A DNA stretch of 64,000 nucleotides, from the NCBI GenBank assembly GCA_047967505.1, contig CM106538.1; one strand, written 5' to 3'. The notes below the pieces were generated by a model. It did no database searches. It had not been told where the DNA came from and worked only from the letters and a program-made list of their open reading frames with translations. Below are positions 11,661 through 23,500 of the stretch, piece by piece. This DNA comes from Dipteris shenzhenensis. Its lineage: Eukaryota. Position 1 is the stretch's first letter, and each line of letters starts with the position of its first letter. A program made the translations under genes and the position numbers.

Positions 11661-13991
11661 GGTGCAAGAAATGTACCCAAAAGTGTCTGAAGATCTCTAT
11701 ATGAATCAATTGCAAATACACTAAATATGCCAAGTGAAATCTTTGTACCATCGGTGAAGATAGAACTGCAGTATATAAAATCTGATATGTATTACAAGGC
11801 TTGTGGCAATGATGCCGGGAATAGCCAAGAGGCTTTACAAGGCTGAAATGATGTGCATGATGCCGTGAGATAGCCGAATAGACTTTACAATGGTGGCATG
11901 TGTGTGTGAAATCAAATGATATCTGCCCACTGAATGAATCTGCAATGCCTCTGAACTTTAAAGTCTACTCACTGAACTGATGAACGTAAGGTTTCAGGTA
12001 ATGTAATGATGTGAAACCGTATGTGAGCGTATGCACTAACTTTGAGTAGGTACTAGTCGAGAATTTCGAGCATGGCTTAGATTGGCAACTTGGGGAAATT
12101 CAAAGCGTCCCCTCTATGGCGATCTAGTCTACTCTGATCTAGATCTAGACCAACCATCGATCGATGAAAGAACATCAAATAATTCCTTTTCTTTTGTTCT
12201 TTTTAAGTGCTGGGTCAGATGCATCCATGTAGAGGCAAATGTGCGTGAAGGAAGTGGTTTTGTCGATGAGGCTCAAATGTGAGTGTAACTTGTGCTGAAA
12301 TGTGTGCATGATGTGACAAGCGCGTAGAGCACAAAAAAATGAGCGACTTTCCTTTTTGGAGCGCCCTCAAATTCTTCCTGGATCAAGAGATACGACTTGA
12401 TCTAGGTGGAGGGGCAAAAGGAGTGCAAATGGTGCTCAATGATGATGTGTCACTATGAGTCACATGCAATGATGATGTGGCATTGTGCCTAGCAAGAGGT
12501 GTGCCAATGAAGCCTGTGCTGAGGTGGCAGAAGTGGTCACATGAAGTGCCTATGGAGCACTGTGTGTGCCTGGCAGGGGTCAATGCTGACTGGATAGCTG
12601 AGGTGGCACTACTGAGGTGGCACTGCTGAGGTCGTAGAGGTGACATGGCAATGATGATGTGGCTTGATGACATGGCCAAATGACATGGTTTGATGATGTG
12701 GCATTGATGATGTGGCTTGGATGATGTGTCACTGATGACATGGATTGCTAATGTGGCACAGGTGATGTGGCCTCAATGACATGTCAGCTAATATGGCACG
12801 CTGAGCGAGGGCGATGATGTGGTAGATAAGGTCTGCCACATGTCATAATTTACTACGTGGTGACCCAACCAAGGGTTAACTTGACCAACCCTATCCTTTG
12901 TTGACTCTAGGTCAAATACACCCAACCATAGTCAACTATTGCTGACATGGCAAGATAAGATGCCACATGGAGGATAAGAGCCTGGAAAGGTGCCACGTTT
13001 CGAGTGGCTATCTACCACGTGTCGCTTGGAGAACCGAAATCTTGTTGCCCAGTTGTAGTTGCTATTGAAGAAGGCTGAGAGCCTTGTTATGGCATTGTTC
13101 TGAGTTAAAGGAGCACTGGCATGCGGGAGGAGTGCTTGTGTGAGCAGCTCATTGGCTATAGTCGCTCTCACTGCTTTGAGTAAGCCGAGTAAGCCTACTG
13201 GAGGTCTACAGGCAGAAGCTGGCTACAGGGTCGGCCAGTGAAGAGACTTGAAGTAGTCGTCGAAGCATGTTGGAGAGGTCATGGGGCTGTCAATGCAGAA
13301 CATAGGCGAAGCTTTGGAGATGGCCAGAGAGTATGTCAACGAGCTAGTGCTTGGTGTTGCAGTGCTGATGGCTGGCGGGAGGCTTTGGATGTAGCAGTCG
13401 TTGGAGGTTGGATGCATCAACTGTGCGTTTGGAAGTAAACGTCGGCTTCGCTAAAGGAGTCCTTCAAGGAGGTAGGTCGATGGCGAGTTGGTTGAGCCAC
13501 CTTGCTGCATGGTGAAGACTTGGTCTAGTCACTAATGAAGCCATCGGGTAATGGTCATTTGTCACCGTGGGTGTTGATTGTGGAGCTAATTCGTTGCAAG
13601 GGTCGTCTTGGACTTGCGGGCTTCCTGAGTGGTGTAGAGGTGGTGACTTGGAGTCCCTCTAACACAAAGAGAAGAGAGGGATTCCTTGTAGAAGAAAACT
13701 TTCTCTCTGAGACAAATCTAGAAAAAGAAAATGCTCTCAAGCTCTCTCTCAATGACACTCTCTTTTTATCTTGAATTCACAGCAGAAGATCTCTCTCTCA
13801 CACACAATGAAATCTCTCAACTCAGAATCTTTTGAGATGGAAGAATGGAATGAAAAAAATTTCTTTCAAATGGACAAATGAAGATCTCTCACCAGAAGTG
13901 GACTCTCACGGAGAACACTCAAGAGAACTCTCAATCTCACAATCTCTCTCACACTCTCAAGGATCGCAATGCCTCAGCAGAAGGCAAGGAA

Positions 13992-14003
13992 GCTCTGATA
14001 CCA
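13992..14003 (-). promoter_or_regulatory. Primer binding site (tRNA-iMet type) of Copia A
   Basis: gctctgatacca on + = TGGTATCAGAGC on -. Confidence 0.95.
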
Positions 14004-14260
14004 TGACAAAATATGAAGAGGGGACAGGAGAAGAGTGGAGATGAGGAGAGAGGGCACAGCTAGAGAGCACACCACAAATGACTAACTGTACACTAGATTT
14101 AGTTGAAAAAATAGAATATATAAAAACCCTTTTAGGGTTAGGGTTAGGGGATCTAACCCTTTCCTTTATAGCACTCTATAAGCTTAGTTCTATGCACATA
14201 TGATCACGTGATGGTGCTATGCACACATGATCACATGATGTTGAGCGTGAACTCTCAACA
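14004..14260 (-). repeat. 5' LTR of Copia A
   Basis: Direct repeat of 7116-7372; abuts iMet-type PBS. Confidence 0.97.
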
Positions 14261-14712
14261 AGAAGGAGGATCCAAGGTTCAAGGTAGAGTACATGGTGGA
14301 GAACTCGTCTCCCTCGTAGTTCATGAAGGTTAAGGGTTGAGAAACTAAGGGTTAGGGGGAGCATAGGAGTGGGAGAGGAAGAAGGTGTAAGAGCATGGGG
14401 GGAAAGAAGAGAGGGGAGAAGGGAGGAGGAGGAGGAGGAGGAGGAGAAGGGAGGAGGAGGAGGAGAAGGGAGGAGGAGGGAGGAGGAGGAGGAGGAGGGG
14501 GAGGAGGAGAGGGAGAGGATGGGTTGCAAGGTTGGAGGAGAGGGGAGGAGGAGTTGCAAGGTTAGGATATGCTTTTGGACGTGGAGTGCAAGGAAGCATG
14601 AACACTTGAGACAATTGCTTGGAATACCAAAGTAGAACTCAACACAATGTTCCAAAGAGTGTGAGCTTCATATAATTATGGGGTATTTATACAAGTTGGA
14701 GAGCTTCTCTCT

Positions 14713-15003
14713 TTGCATGTAGGAATTGTAAGACATTCTCTCTCTACATGTAGAACTTGCATATAGAAGTTGCATGTAGGAGTTGCATGTTCCATTTTGG
14801 AGTTGCATGTAGAACTTGCAGGTTGCATGTTGCATGTAGGAGTTGCTTGTAGCACTCGCATGTAGAACATGCATGTAGGAATCACATGTAGGACTTGCAT
14901 GTAGGAGTTGCAAGTAGAAGTTGCAACTAGAACATGCATGTAGGAATCACATGTAGGAGTTGCATGTAGAACTCGCATGTAGGAATCGCAAGTAGAACTT
15001 GCT
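14713..15003. repeat. Minisatellite, ~12-bp unit (T)TGCATGTAGRA(G/C)
   Basis: Repeated ttgcatgtaggag / ttgcatgtagaac / tcacatgtagga units, about 20 degenerate copies. Confidence 0.9.
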
Positions 15004-15109
15004 TGTTGAGGATTCCTAAGAGATTATTCTTAGCCTTATGCAAGTACAAGCGGAGCTTTGCCGCTACTCTACACTCACATTCTGTACTACCTAAGTCCAT
15101 GTTGGCACA

Positions 15110-18100
15110 TAGATAACAGATCGCGACCTGTGGGTTGACCCAACCGTTAATAGAGATCGCAATTCTTTGTAAACCACCTAGCATTCTTCTACATGATTGG
15201 CCACCATAGGCCTGCTTGTAAAATTTCATTTGCAGTTTTCACCCCGCAAAATGACTACCCGAAACCCTACAATGGGCCTTCATTCAACATTATTGCCTTC
15301 GGCTCATGAGGCTGGACACATTGTACCAAGGCCTCCGTCAGATGCCGTTGATACAGTTGGTCCAACACTGCTTCAAAAGATTGACTTGTCTTGAGATTTA
15401 GGTACTTGGGTATTATTCTTGTAGTTAGGAATGAGAGCATCTCATCATGCCATGACCACGGGCCTTCCGACAAGCTCCACATTGATTGGATCCACCCGAA
15501 AGATAGCCACCAACTCTACATCAAGGAACTCATCTTCCATTCCCGTTGGCAGCTTCCCAAACTCCAATCGAGATAAGTAGTCTGCTACCGAATGTTGCGA
15601 GCCAGGCCAATGAATGACATCAAAGTCATATTCTTGCAACAACAACACTCGGCGTGCCAATCGACCCGTAAGATTTTGCTATTGAACTAAGGACAGCAAT
15701 GCAGAATGGTCAACATGAAACACAATAGGTCGGCCCAATAGGTAATGTTGGAATTTTTTGAATGAATAAATCATTCCTAGTCCTTCTCTTTTCATGATGG
15801 AATAATTCTTTTCAGCAGTTGAAATTCATTGTCTTGCATAGTAGACTAGGCGATACCATTTGTCCACATCTTCCTGCATCAAGACATTGCCAATAGCCCT
15901 ATCCAAAGCATCAATAAACACATCAAAATTCTTCTTCTAATTGGGAGACATCAACACCAATGCTCGTGAGAGTTGGATTTTGAGTTGCCGGTATGCTTTG
16001 TCGCACTCTGTGGTCCACAAAAATGCCTTCGATTCCACATGAGGGAGTGCATTCAAGGGAATTGCCATATGAGCTAGGAACCACAAATGTCTGCCATGCC
16101 ATCGGATCTACCCCAAGAACCGCAAGCACTCTTTAGGCATTGTTGGTGCAGGCGCTTGCATGATCATGGCCACCTTGTTTGGATCCATTGCAATTCCCTC
16201 TGTCGAGATGGCGTGACCTAGGAGTTGCCCTCTACGTACCGCAAATGCACATTTCATGGGGTTCAAAATAAAGGACACCTCCCTAGATCATTGGAGACAC
16301 TTTCACAAATGCTCCAGGTGCTCGGTGAAGGTTCCAAACGTGCTGAGGCCACCTAGAAAGATCCACATGAACTCCATCAAGTATGAGCCGAAAATTTCCT
16401 GCATTGCTCTTTGAAAAGTGGAGGGAGCATTCCGCAATCTGAACCACATGACTGTACACACATAGACTCCCCATGATGTGATGAAGGCTGTCTTTGGTTT
16501 GTCTTTTAGAGCCATCCTGATGTGATTGTATCCACTATACCCATCCATAAATGAGTATACCTTGTGACCCACCACTTCATCCAGCATGGAATCCATGTAT
16601 GGTAGAGAAAAGGGATCTCGTACCATGGCCACATTTGTAACTTTTTATTTTTCTTTGGCACAATGAAAATAGGTGAGATCCACTCTGTCAGTGCTATAAA
16701 TCCCACCCTCAGTAAGTGCTCCATCTCCTCTCGCACTTGTTCAGCCACATGCGGATTCATGCGATACCACCGTGTCTTTGTCAAAGTCGCATTCGGCTTC
16801 GAATTGACCCGATGTTGGTAAAATTTTAGATCCAATCCCTTCATGTCAGCATAGTCCCAAGTGAACACATCAAAGAAATCCTTTAGTAGTGCTATCAGTT
16901 CGCTTTGGAATTCGGCTGTCAGCAAAGTGCTAATTTTGATTGGTCATGTTCCATCATCCCCCAAAAAAACCATATCCAATGCATCTTCTTGCACTCGTGT
17001 GATTCGCATCATTTGTTCTTCAAATTCCCGCTCCTATTGCAGGAGATCCCACAAATCCATGTTGGTTGTCACTTGTTGCAGCTCAACCACCTCCTCTTAG
17101 ACTATGCTGATGGAACTTGTAAAAAGATTCTGATGCAGGTGATGCTCCGTAATGCCTTCCACATCAACTGTGAATATCAGGACCAACTCTAGGTTAGCTT
17201 TGAGGAATGCTTCTTCCTCATCATCCTCTAGACCACCATGTGCCATGTTCATAGGCTCTACTAACACTGGTCGCATCGCATCTGCCAAGGGTGCTGCCAC
17301 TCCCATTGTGACCCACACCTTCTTCTTGCCTCTTCGCATGGAGATGACATTATGCTCCTAGTTCTACTTGACCTTTGCTTGCCGCTGCAGCTAGGGCCTA
17401 CCCAAGAGTACACTCTATTCCGGTGTCGGGGCTTCCATATTTAGCACCACAAATGAGACCACGAATGAAATGCCAGCCACCTCCAAGACTATTACTCGTA
17501 TGATTCCGAGTGGTCTAACTCGGCATTGATCCACCATGTAGACTAAGATGGCGCCGGTTCCCATGACATCCACCCCATTTTCTGGCATGTCTTCAAGGTG
17601 ACTATGTCGACTCCCAAACCTCCCTCCACTAGAACTTGTTTGAATGTCCGGCCTTGTGCTTTACTGTTATCACCAAAATTCTCATATCCGTGAGAGGAAC
17701 TACCGGTACTGGAGAAGAATCAGCTTGGCACAAATCCACCTCTTCCGGCTTCGACTCCTTATGGAGGGAGTGCAAAAATTGACGATGGAATCCGAGTACC
17801 AAGTTGAGCAATCTATCCAGAAAAATCTGGATCGGTGCTTCCAGAATGCATTCCATTCCTGGCTCCCTTTGTAGAGAAGTTGGCAGCTTCCTGGCTTGAT
17901 TAGCCACCAACAGTGGAGCTACTTCGACAACCTTTGGATCGTTTCCTAGTAAATGAAGTTTGAACTTCCCTTGTGCAATCTCTGGCTCCAGGTTGAACAA
18001 TTGACTCCACAAACTGCACCTTGCGTGATCCTTTGGGCACCTTTTCGAGCTCGGCTGACTTCATCAAGGGTGCCTCCTCCACCACCAAATCTCGGACCTA

Positions 18101-18604
18101 TTGTCGCATGTGCTCCTGTACTGGCCAATTCAACATCTTGCTGCCTTTGTTTGTGGTAGGCACCTGTAGCTTTGTACTTGCAAGGGTGATTATATTAATT
18201 TTCAGGCATACCGACAGGTCCCTAATGGGTCATCCTCCACAATGTGCGCCATGGAGATACTCGACATCTTTCCCACCAAATTTTTGCTCGTTGTGCCGAT
18301 CCCATTCTTGAGCATCTAGGCATTCATTCCGCCAATGGCCTTCTCCCAAGCATAACAAACATGTTTTCGATCGATTTTGGCCACGACTGCCACCATCGCG
18401 TCCGCCACCGCGACCTCCTTCGCCACCGCCACATTGGAACAACGATTGGGGATGTTCCTCTTGCATGTAGGATGTGCTCGGATCCTGCTCACTAGAGAAG
18501 CTGGCCATTGTGACGGTGGACCAATTGCTTGTTGGCCACGACCATTATAGTGGCAGCCCGTTGTGTTGGGGGCGTTGGTCAAGCAGATCACACACCATTT
18601 CTTA
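15110..18604 (-). pseudogene. gag-pol: Degenerate Ty3/Gypsy gag-pol (gag knuckle, PR, RT, RNase H, start of integrase)
   Basis: CLLCLGEGHWRNEC knuckle (18230-18508); VYSFMDGYSGYNHI..VMWFRLRNAPSTFQR RT; LLLQEYDFDVIHWPG..ADYLSR RNase H; HEPK..AGLWWP integrase zinc-binding region ending ~15110. Confidence 0.9.
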
Positions 18605-19018
18605 TTCTTGGAAGTGTTCTTGGACTCGTAGAGAGTTGCGAACATATTCCATGCTTCTTTTGATGTCTTGACGGTGTTGAGCTATCCTAGCATGACATCT
18701 TGTACATTCTGCTTGATCAGATTATATGCATACTTGTCTTTCTTGTCCCATTTTGCCTGTCCTTGGGCAATGGCAAAATCTGCTCTATAGGTGTGGAAAC
18801 TGTCATGTAATTGGAGATCGTACTATAGATCCCACGTTGGTGCTATGACAACAAGTGGAGTAGAGCTACTACTGGCTAGATTGTCCAATGGTCTAGGTGT
18901 AGATCCATCGACATACTCTCATTTTCCTTGAAGTACAAGAATGGTCTCCATCCGATATTTCCATGTGCCATAATTGGAGTTGTCTAACTCAATAGAGCTG
19001 CCTCTAGATTGAGGTTGT
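18605..19018 (-). mobile_element. gag: Isolated N-terminal gag fragment of the Copia A/B family
   Basis: Aligns by eye to 11260-11648 of Copia A (e.g. cttggactcgtagagag..gcgaacat..ccatgcttcttttgatgtcttgac; gcctctagattgagg). Confidence 0.9.
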
Positions 19019-19019
19019 T

Positions 19020-20587
19020 ATATGCCAAGCTGATTCTTCTCCGGTGGTGTCGGTAGTCCCTCTCATGGATCTATGGATTCTTGTGATTACGGAAAAAGCA
19101 CAAGGCTGGACTTTTGAGAAAGTTCTAGTGGACCAAGGTTCTAGAGTCAACATCGTCACCGTGAAGACATGCCACAAGATGGGATGGATGTCATGGGAAC
19201 CGTCACTGTTCCTAGTCCACATGGTGGATCAATTGGCCACCACTAGGGATCTTATGAGTGATAGTCTTGGAGGTGGCCAGTATTTCATTCGTAGTCTCCT
19301 TTGTGGTGCTAACTATGGAGGCTCCGACACCAGAATACAGTGTGCTCTTGGGTAGGCCCTAGCTGTGCCAAGCGAAGGCCAAACAAAATTGGGAGCACAA
19401 TGTCATCTCCATTGTGCGAAGAGGCAAGAAGAAGGTGCAAGTTACAATGGGCATAGCAGCACCCTTGGCAGCAGATGCAATGTGACCGATACTGGTAGAA
19501 AGTGTGAATGTGGTAGATGGCCTGGATGATGAGGAAAAAGAGACGTTCCTTAAAGCCAACCGCTATTCATGGATGGTCAATGTGGAAGAAATTATGGAGC
19601 ATATCTTCACCAGATTAATTTTGCGGGCTCCATCAGTGCAGTCTCGGATGAGGTGGCCGAATAGCACAAGCGGCAACCAACATGGATCTATGGGATCTTC
19701 TGTAGTAGGAGCGGGAATTCGAGCAACAGATGAGTCAAATCACAAGGGTGTAGGAAGATGCACTTGACACAATCTTTTTGGGGGAAAATGGCACATCAAA
19801 ATTGGTGAAAATCAACACTCTTCGGGTAGCATAATTCCAAACCGTGATGGTGGCACTGCGGACTGACTTCTCCAACGTGTTCACTTGGGACTATGCCGAT
19901 ATGAAGGGCTTGGGTCCAAAGTTCTATCAACATTGGGTGAACTTGAAGCCAGGTGCATCTCTGACCAAGACACAGAGGTATCGAATGAATTTGCATGTGG
20001 CTAAAGAAGTGCAGGAGGAGTTGGAGTGCCTCTTGAGGGTGGGATTCATAGCACCAATTGAGAATCCAAAGTGGATCTCACTAATTGTTATTGTGCCCAA
20101 GAAAAATAAAAAGCTACGGATTTGTGTGGACTACTGCAAGCTAAATGCGACAACTGTACCGGATCCCTTCCCTCTGCCTTACATGGACTCACTGCTTGAT
20201 GAAGTGGTGGGTCATGAGGTGTACTCATTTTTGGACAGGTACAATGGGTACAACCAAATCCGGATGGCCCTAGAAGATCATCCAAAGACAGCATTCATAA
20301 CATCGTGGGGAGTATATGTGTGCACAGTCATGTGGTTTGGACTTCGAAACGCTCCCTCCACTTTTCAACAAGCCATGCAGGAAATTTTGGCCCCTATTTG
20401 ATGAAGTTCATGTGGATCTTTTTGACGATGACCTCAGTTTGTTTGGGACATTCACTAAGGACTTGGAGCATCTGCGGAAGTGTTTCTAGTGTTGTGGAGA
20501 AGTGTCTTTCAGTTTGAATCCCATGAAATGTGCATTCACAGTGTGGAGCAGGTAACTTCTAGGTCATGTCATCTCGGTAGAAGGAAT
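19020..20587 (+). pseudogene. pol: Degenerate Ty3/Gypsy PR-RT fragment, same family as 15110-18604 but inverted
   Basis: VLVDQGSRVNIV protease; ORF 19844-20401 RICVDYCKLN..YSFLDRYNGYNQI..VMWFGLRNAPSTFQ, closely similar to 16303-16925(-). Cut at 20587 by the Copia B LTR. Confidence 0.9.
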
Positions 20588-23500
20588 TGACAAAATATGA
20601 AGAGGGGAGAGGAGAAGAGTGGAGATGAGGAGAGAGGGCACAGCTAGAGAGCACACCACAAATAACTAACTTTACACTAGATTTAGTTGAAAATGTAGAA
20701 TATATACAAACCCATTTAGGGTTAGGGTTAGGGCATCTAACCCTTTCCTTTATAGCACTCTATATGTGTTAGTGCTATGCACATCTAATCACATGATGTT
20801 AAGCGTGGTCTCTCAACACCTTCCCTCAAGATCAACATCATGAAGTAGGCCTTCCCCCAAGATGATGATTCTAGGGAATCGAAGAAGGAATGAGCATTAC
20901 ATTCCATCACACCCCTTTAATGGGAATGTCCTTCCTCTGGGTCAAACCAAGAGCTTGTCGGTGTTTCTCAAAAAGCTCTTTACCAAGTGGTTTGGTAAAG
21001 ATGTCTGCAACATTCCCTTTGCTATCACAAAGATGTAGTGTGATGTCACCAAGTAACACTCTTTCTCTGATGAAGTGCTCTCTAACATCAATGTGCTTTG
21101 TCCTGGAGTGATATATTGGATTCTTGGCCAATGCTTGAGCTGATTGATTATCACAGTATATTGTTGTTGGCTTTGATTCATCAAAGTAATCTGTTTTTGA
21201 CAATAGTGTTCTGAGCCATATATCCTCACATGCACCTATTGTGAATGCTCTATATTCTGCCTCAGTTAAAGACAAAGAGATAGTTGGTTGTTTAACAACC
21301 ATGATATAGCACCTTGACCAAGGAAAAATGCATATCCCTGTGTGGATCTCTTGGTCTCATGATCTCTGGCATAGTACTGTCACAGTATCCATGCAACCTT
21401 GGATGACTTTCTCTGTATTCTATTCCAAACTATCTTGTACCTCTGATGTATCTCAAGACTCTTTTGGCTGCATTCTAGTGAGACTATTTTGGATGTGCCA
21501 TAAACTGTGCTAGTGAGCTTATTGCATAACAAATATCTAGCTGTGTGATAGTTAGATATATAAGAGATCGAATGAACTACCTGTAGTACCTATCATTGAC
21601 TATAGGCTTTCTGAATCTTTTGTAAGTTTCAAACTCTGTTCCATGGGAGTGGCTGCAATCTTGCAATCTACCCTATGAAACTTCTTCAGAAGACTGTCAA
21701 CATATTTGAGCTGACTCATAAAGGTGCTATCTTAATCTCTTCAGAACTCAATTCCAAGACAATATTGCATAAGTCCAAGATCGTTCATGTTGAACTCTGC
21801 AGCAGTTAAGTCTTGTTTCAATTTCTTGATGAAGCTATCCTTGCTTCCTGTCACAATCAGATCATCTACATACAAAAGTGCAATAGTAATGTCTTTCCCT
21901 TGAACTTTGTAGTAGAGAGTATGATCTGCATTGGACTTCATGTATCCTAGATCAGCAAAATACTTATCGATTCTGCTGTACCAACTTCTGGGTGCTTCAA
22001 ACCATAGAGACTTTTCTTGAGATGGCAAACCTGATTCTCCTTTCCTTCGTCTACGTAACCATTCAGAAATACATTCCTGAGATCGAGCTGGTACACATTT
22101 CATCTGCTAAGTGTCATTAGTGATATCAAGAACTGTATGGAATCCATCTTTGCTACTGGAGCATAAGTCTTATCATAATCTTAACCATATTGCTGTGCAA
22201 ATCCTTTTGAAACTAGTCTCGCTTTGTATCATTGAATACTTCCATCTGGATTGTACTTCACTTTGTATACCCATTTGTTTGCTATGGCCTTCTTTCATGG
22301 TGGAAGGTCACATAATTCCCAAGTATTATTCTTGTGCAAAGCATCCATTTCTTCATTCATAGCAGTTTGCCATTCTGGCTTGTCAACTGCATCTTCAAAG
22401 TGCACTGGCTCTTCTGTAGCCATGATGGTTTTCATAAGAGCATAGTTGGTGGTTTCAACCTAAATTGCTTTGCCTTTCTGAGCATATGTCAATCTGGTTG
22501 GAGGTCTACTTTCTGTAGTAGATCGTTTGAGTTGCTGTGGTTCTTCTCGGGGTGTTTTTGGCAATTCTTTCTCTTCTTCATCAGCCTTTTTTGTAGATGA
22601 CTATGAAATCGGTGCATCTATCTCCTGTGTGGTTGAGGTTTTCCATTCTGATTCCTCATCAAAGATTACATCTCCAAAGATAATGACCTTGTAGTTGATG
22701 GGATCATACAATTTGAATGCTTTGCTTTCTTCACTATAGCCAACCATGATGCATTTGCATGACTTTGCATCCAATTTCGTATGATGATCATCATGTATGT
22801 AGGCATATGCTATGCAACCAAATATGCAGAGATGCCCAATGCGTGGCTTGTGTCCAGTGAATTCTTCATGAGGTGTCATATGGTGAAATTGTTTGGTAGG
22901 AAGCCAATTAAGCAAGTAGTTTGCAGTGGCTATTGCATCTACCCAATACTGATTCAGAAGATGCTTCTCACTAAGCATTGCTCTAGCAATGTCTGCTAAA
23001 GTACCATTCTTCCTTTTAGTTCTTGCATTCTACTGAGGAGTATCTGCACATGTGAATTGTCTTCAAATGTTGTGACTGTTTTGTAAAAGTTCATGAATGC
23101 TAAAGACATCTGATCTCATGGCTTTAATCTTTCTACCTATCTGGTTTTCTACCATGTCTTTGAATTCTTGAAATCTAGGAAAAAATTTAGATTTCTCTTT
23201 CAGAAAGTAGACCCAACAATATCTATTGTAGTCGTCGATGAAAGTCAAGTAGTAAAGAGAACCTTTGATGCTACGGGTATGGGCATAACCCTATACATCT
23301 GTATGTATCAAATCAAGAATACCTTGTGCTCGAGAAGTGCTTCTACCAAAGTTGGTTCGCTTTTGTTTGCTGAAGTAGCATACTTCGCAAACTTTTTTAA
23401 GAAATTATAGCTTAGGAATCTCGATATCCATATTTTGATCCTTGAGATCTAGCAAGCTCTTTAAATTGACATGACCATATCTCTTGTGCCATTTTGCAGA

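Larger units (their letters stand above)
7116..14260 (-). mobile_element. Full-length Ty1/Copia LTR retrotransposon A (degenerate coding region)
   Basis: 257-bp TG..CA LTRs at 7116-7372 and 14004-14260 (8 differences by eye); TSD AGAAG at 7111-7115 and 14261-14265; PBS TGGTATCAGAGC (13992-14003, -); PPT beside 7373-7384. Confidence 0.97.
6780..15109 (-). mobile_element. Putative 5' LTR (~1.2 kb; 6780-7115 + 14266-15109) of the left-hand Gypsy element, split by Copia A
   Basis: Read on -, it starts TGTGCC at 15109, where the neighbouring Gypsy integrase breaks off, and ends CCAACA at 6780. It is followed by a PBS-like TGGTGGTGCTGTCAGGG (6761-6777). No second LTR copy in the window to confirm. 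Confidence 0.45.

Noticed and set aside
14668-14978. Repetitive ORFs and a CRISPR-like look of the 12-bp array
   Set aside because: Head-to-tail minisatellite without unique spacers, no cas genes, eukaryotic context.
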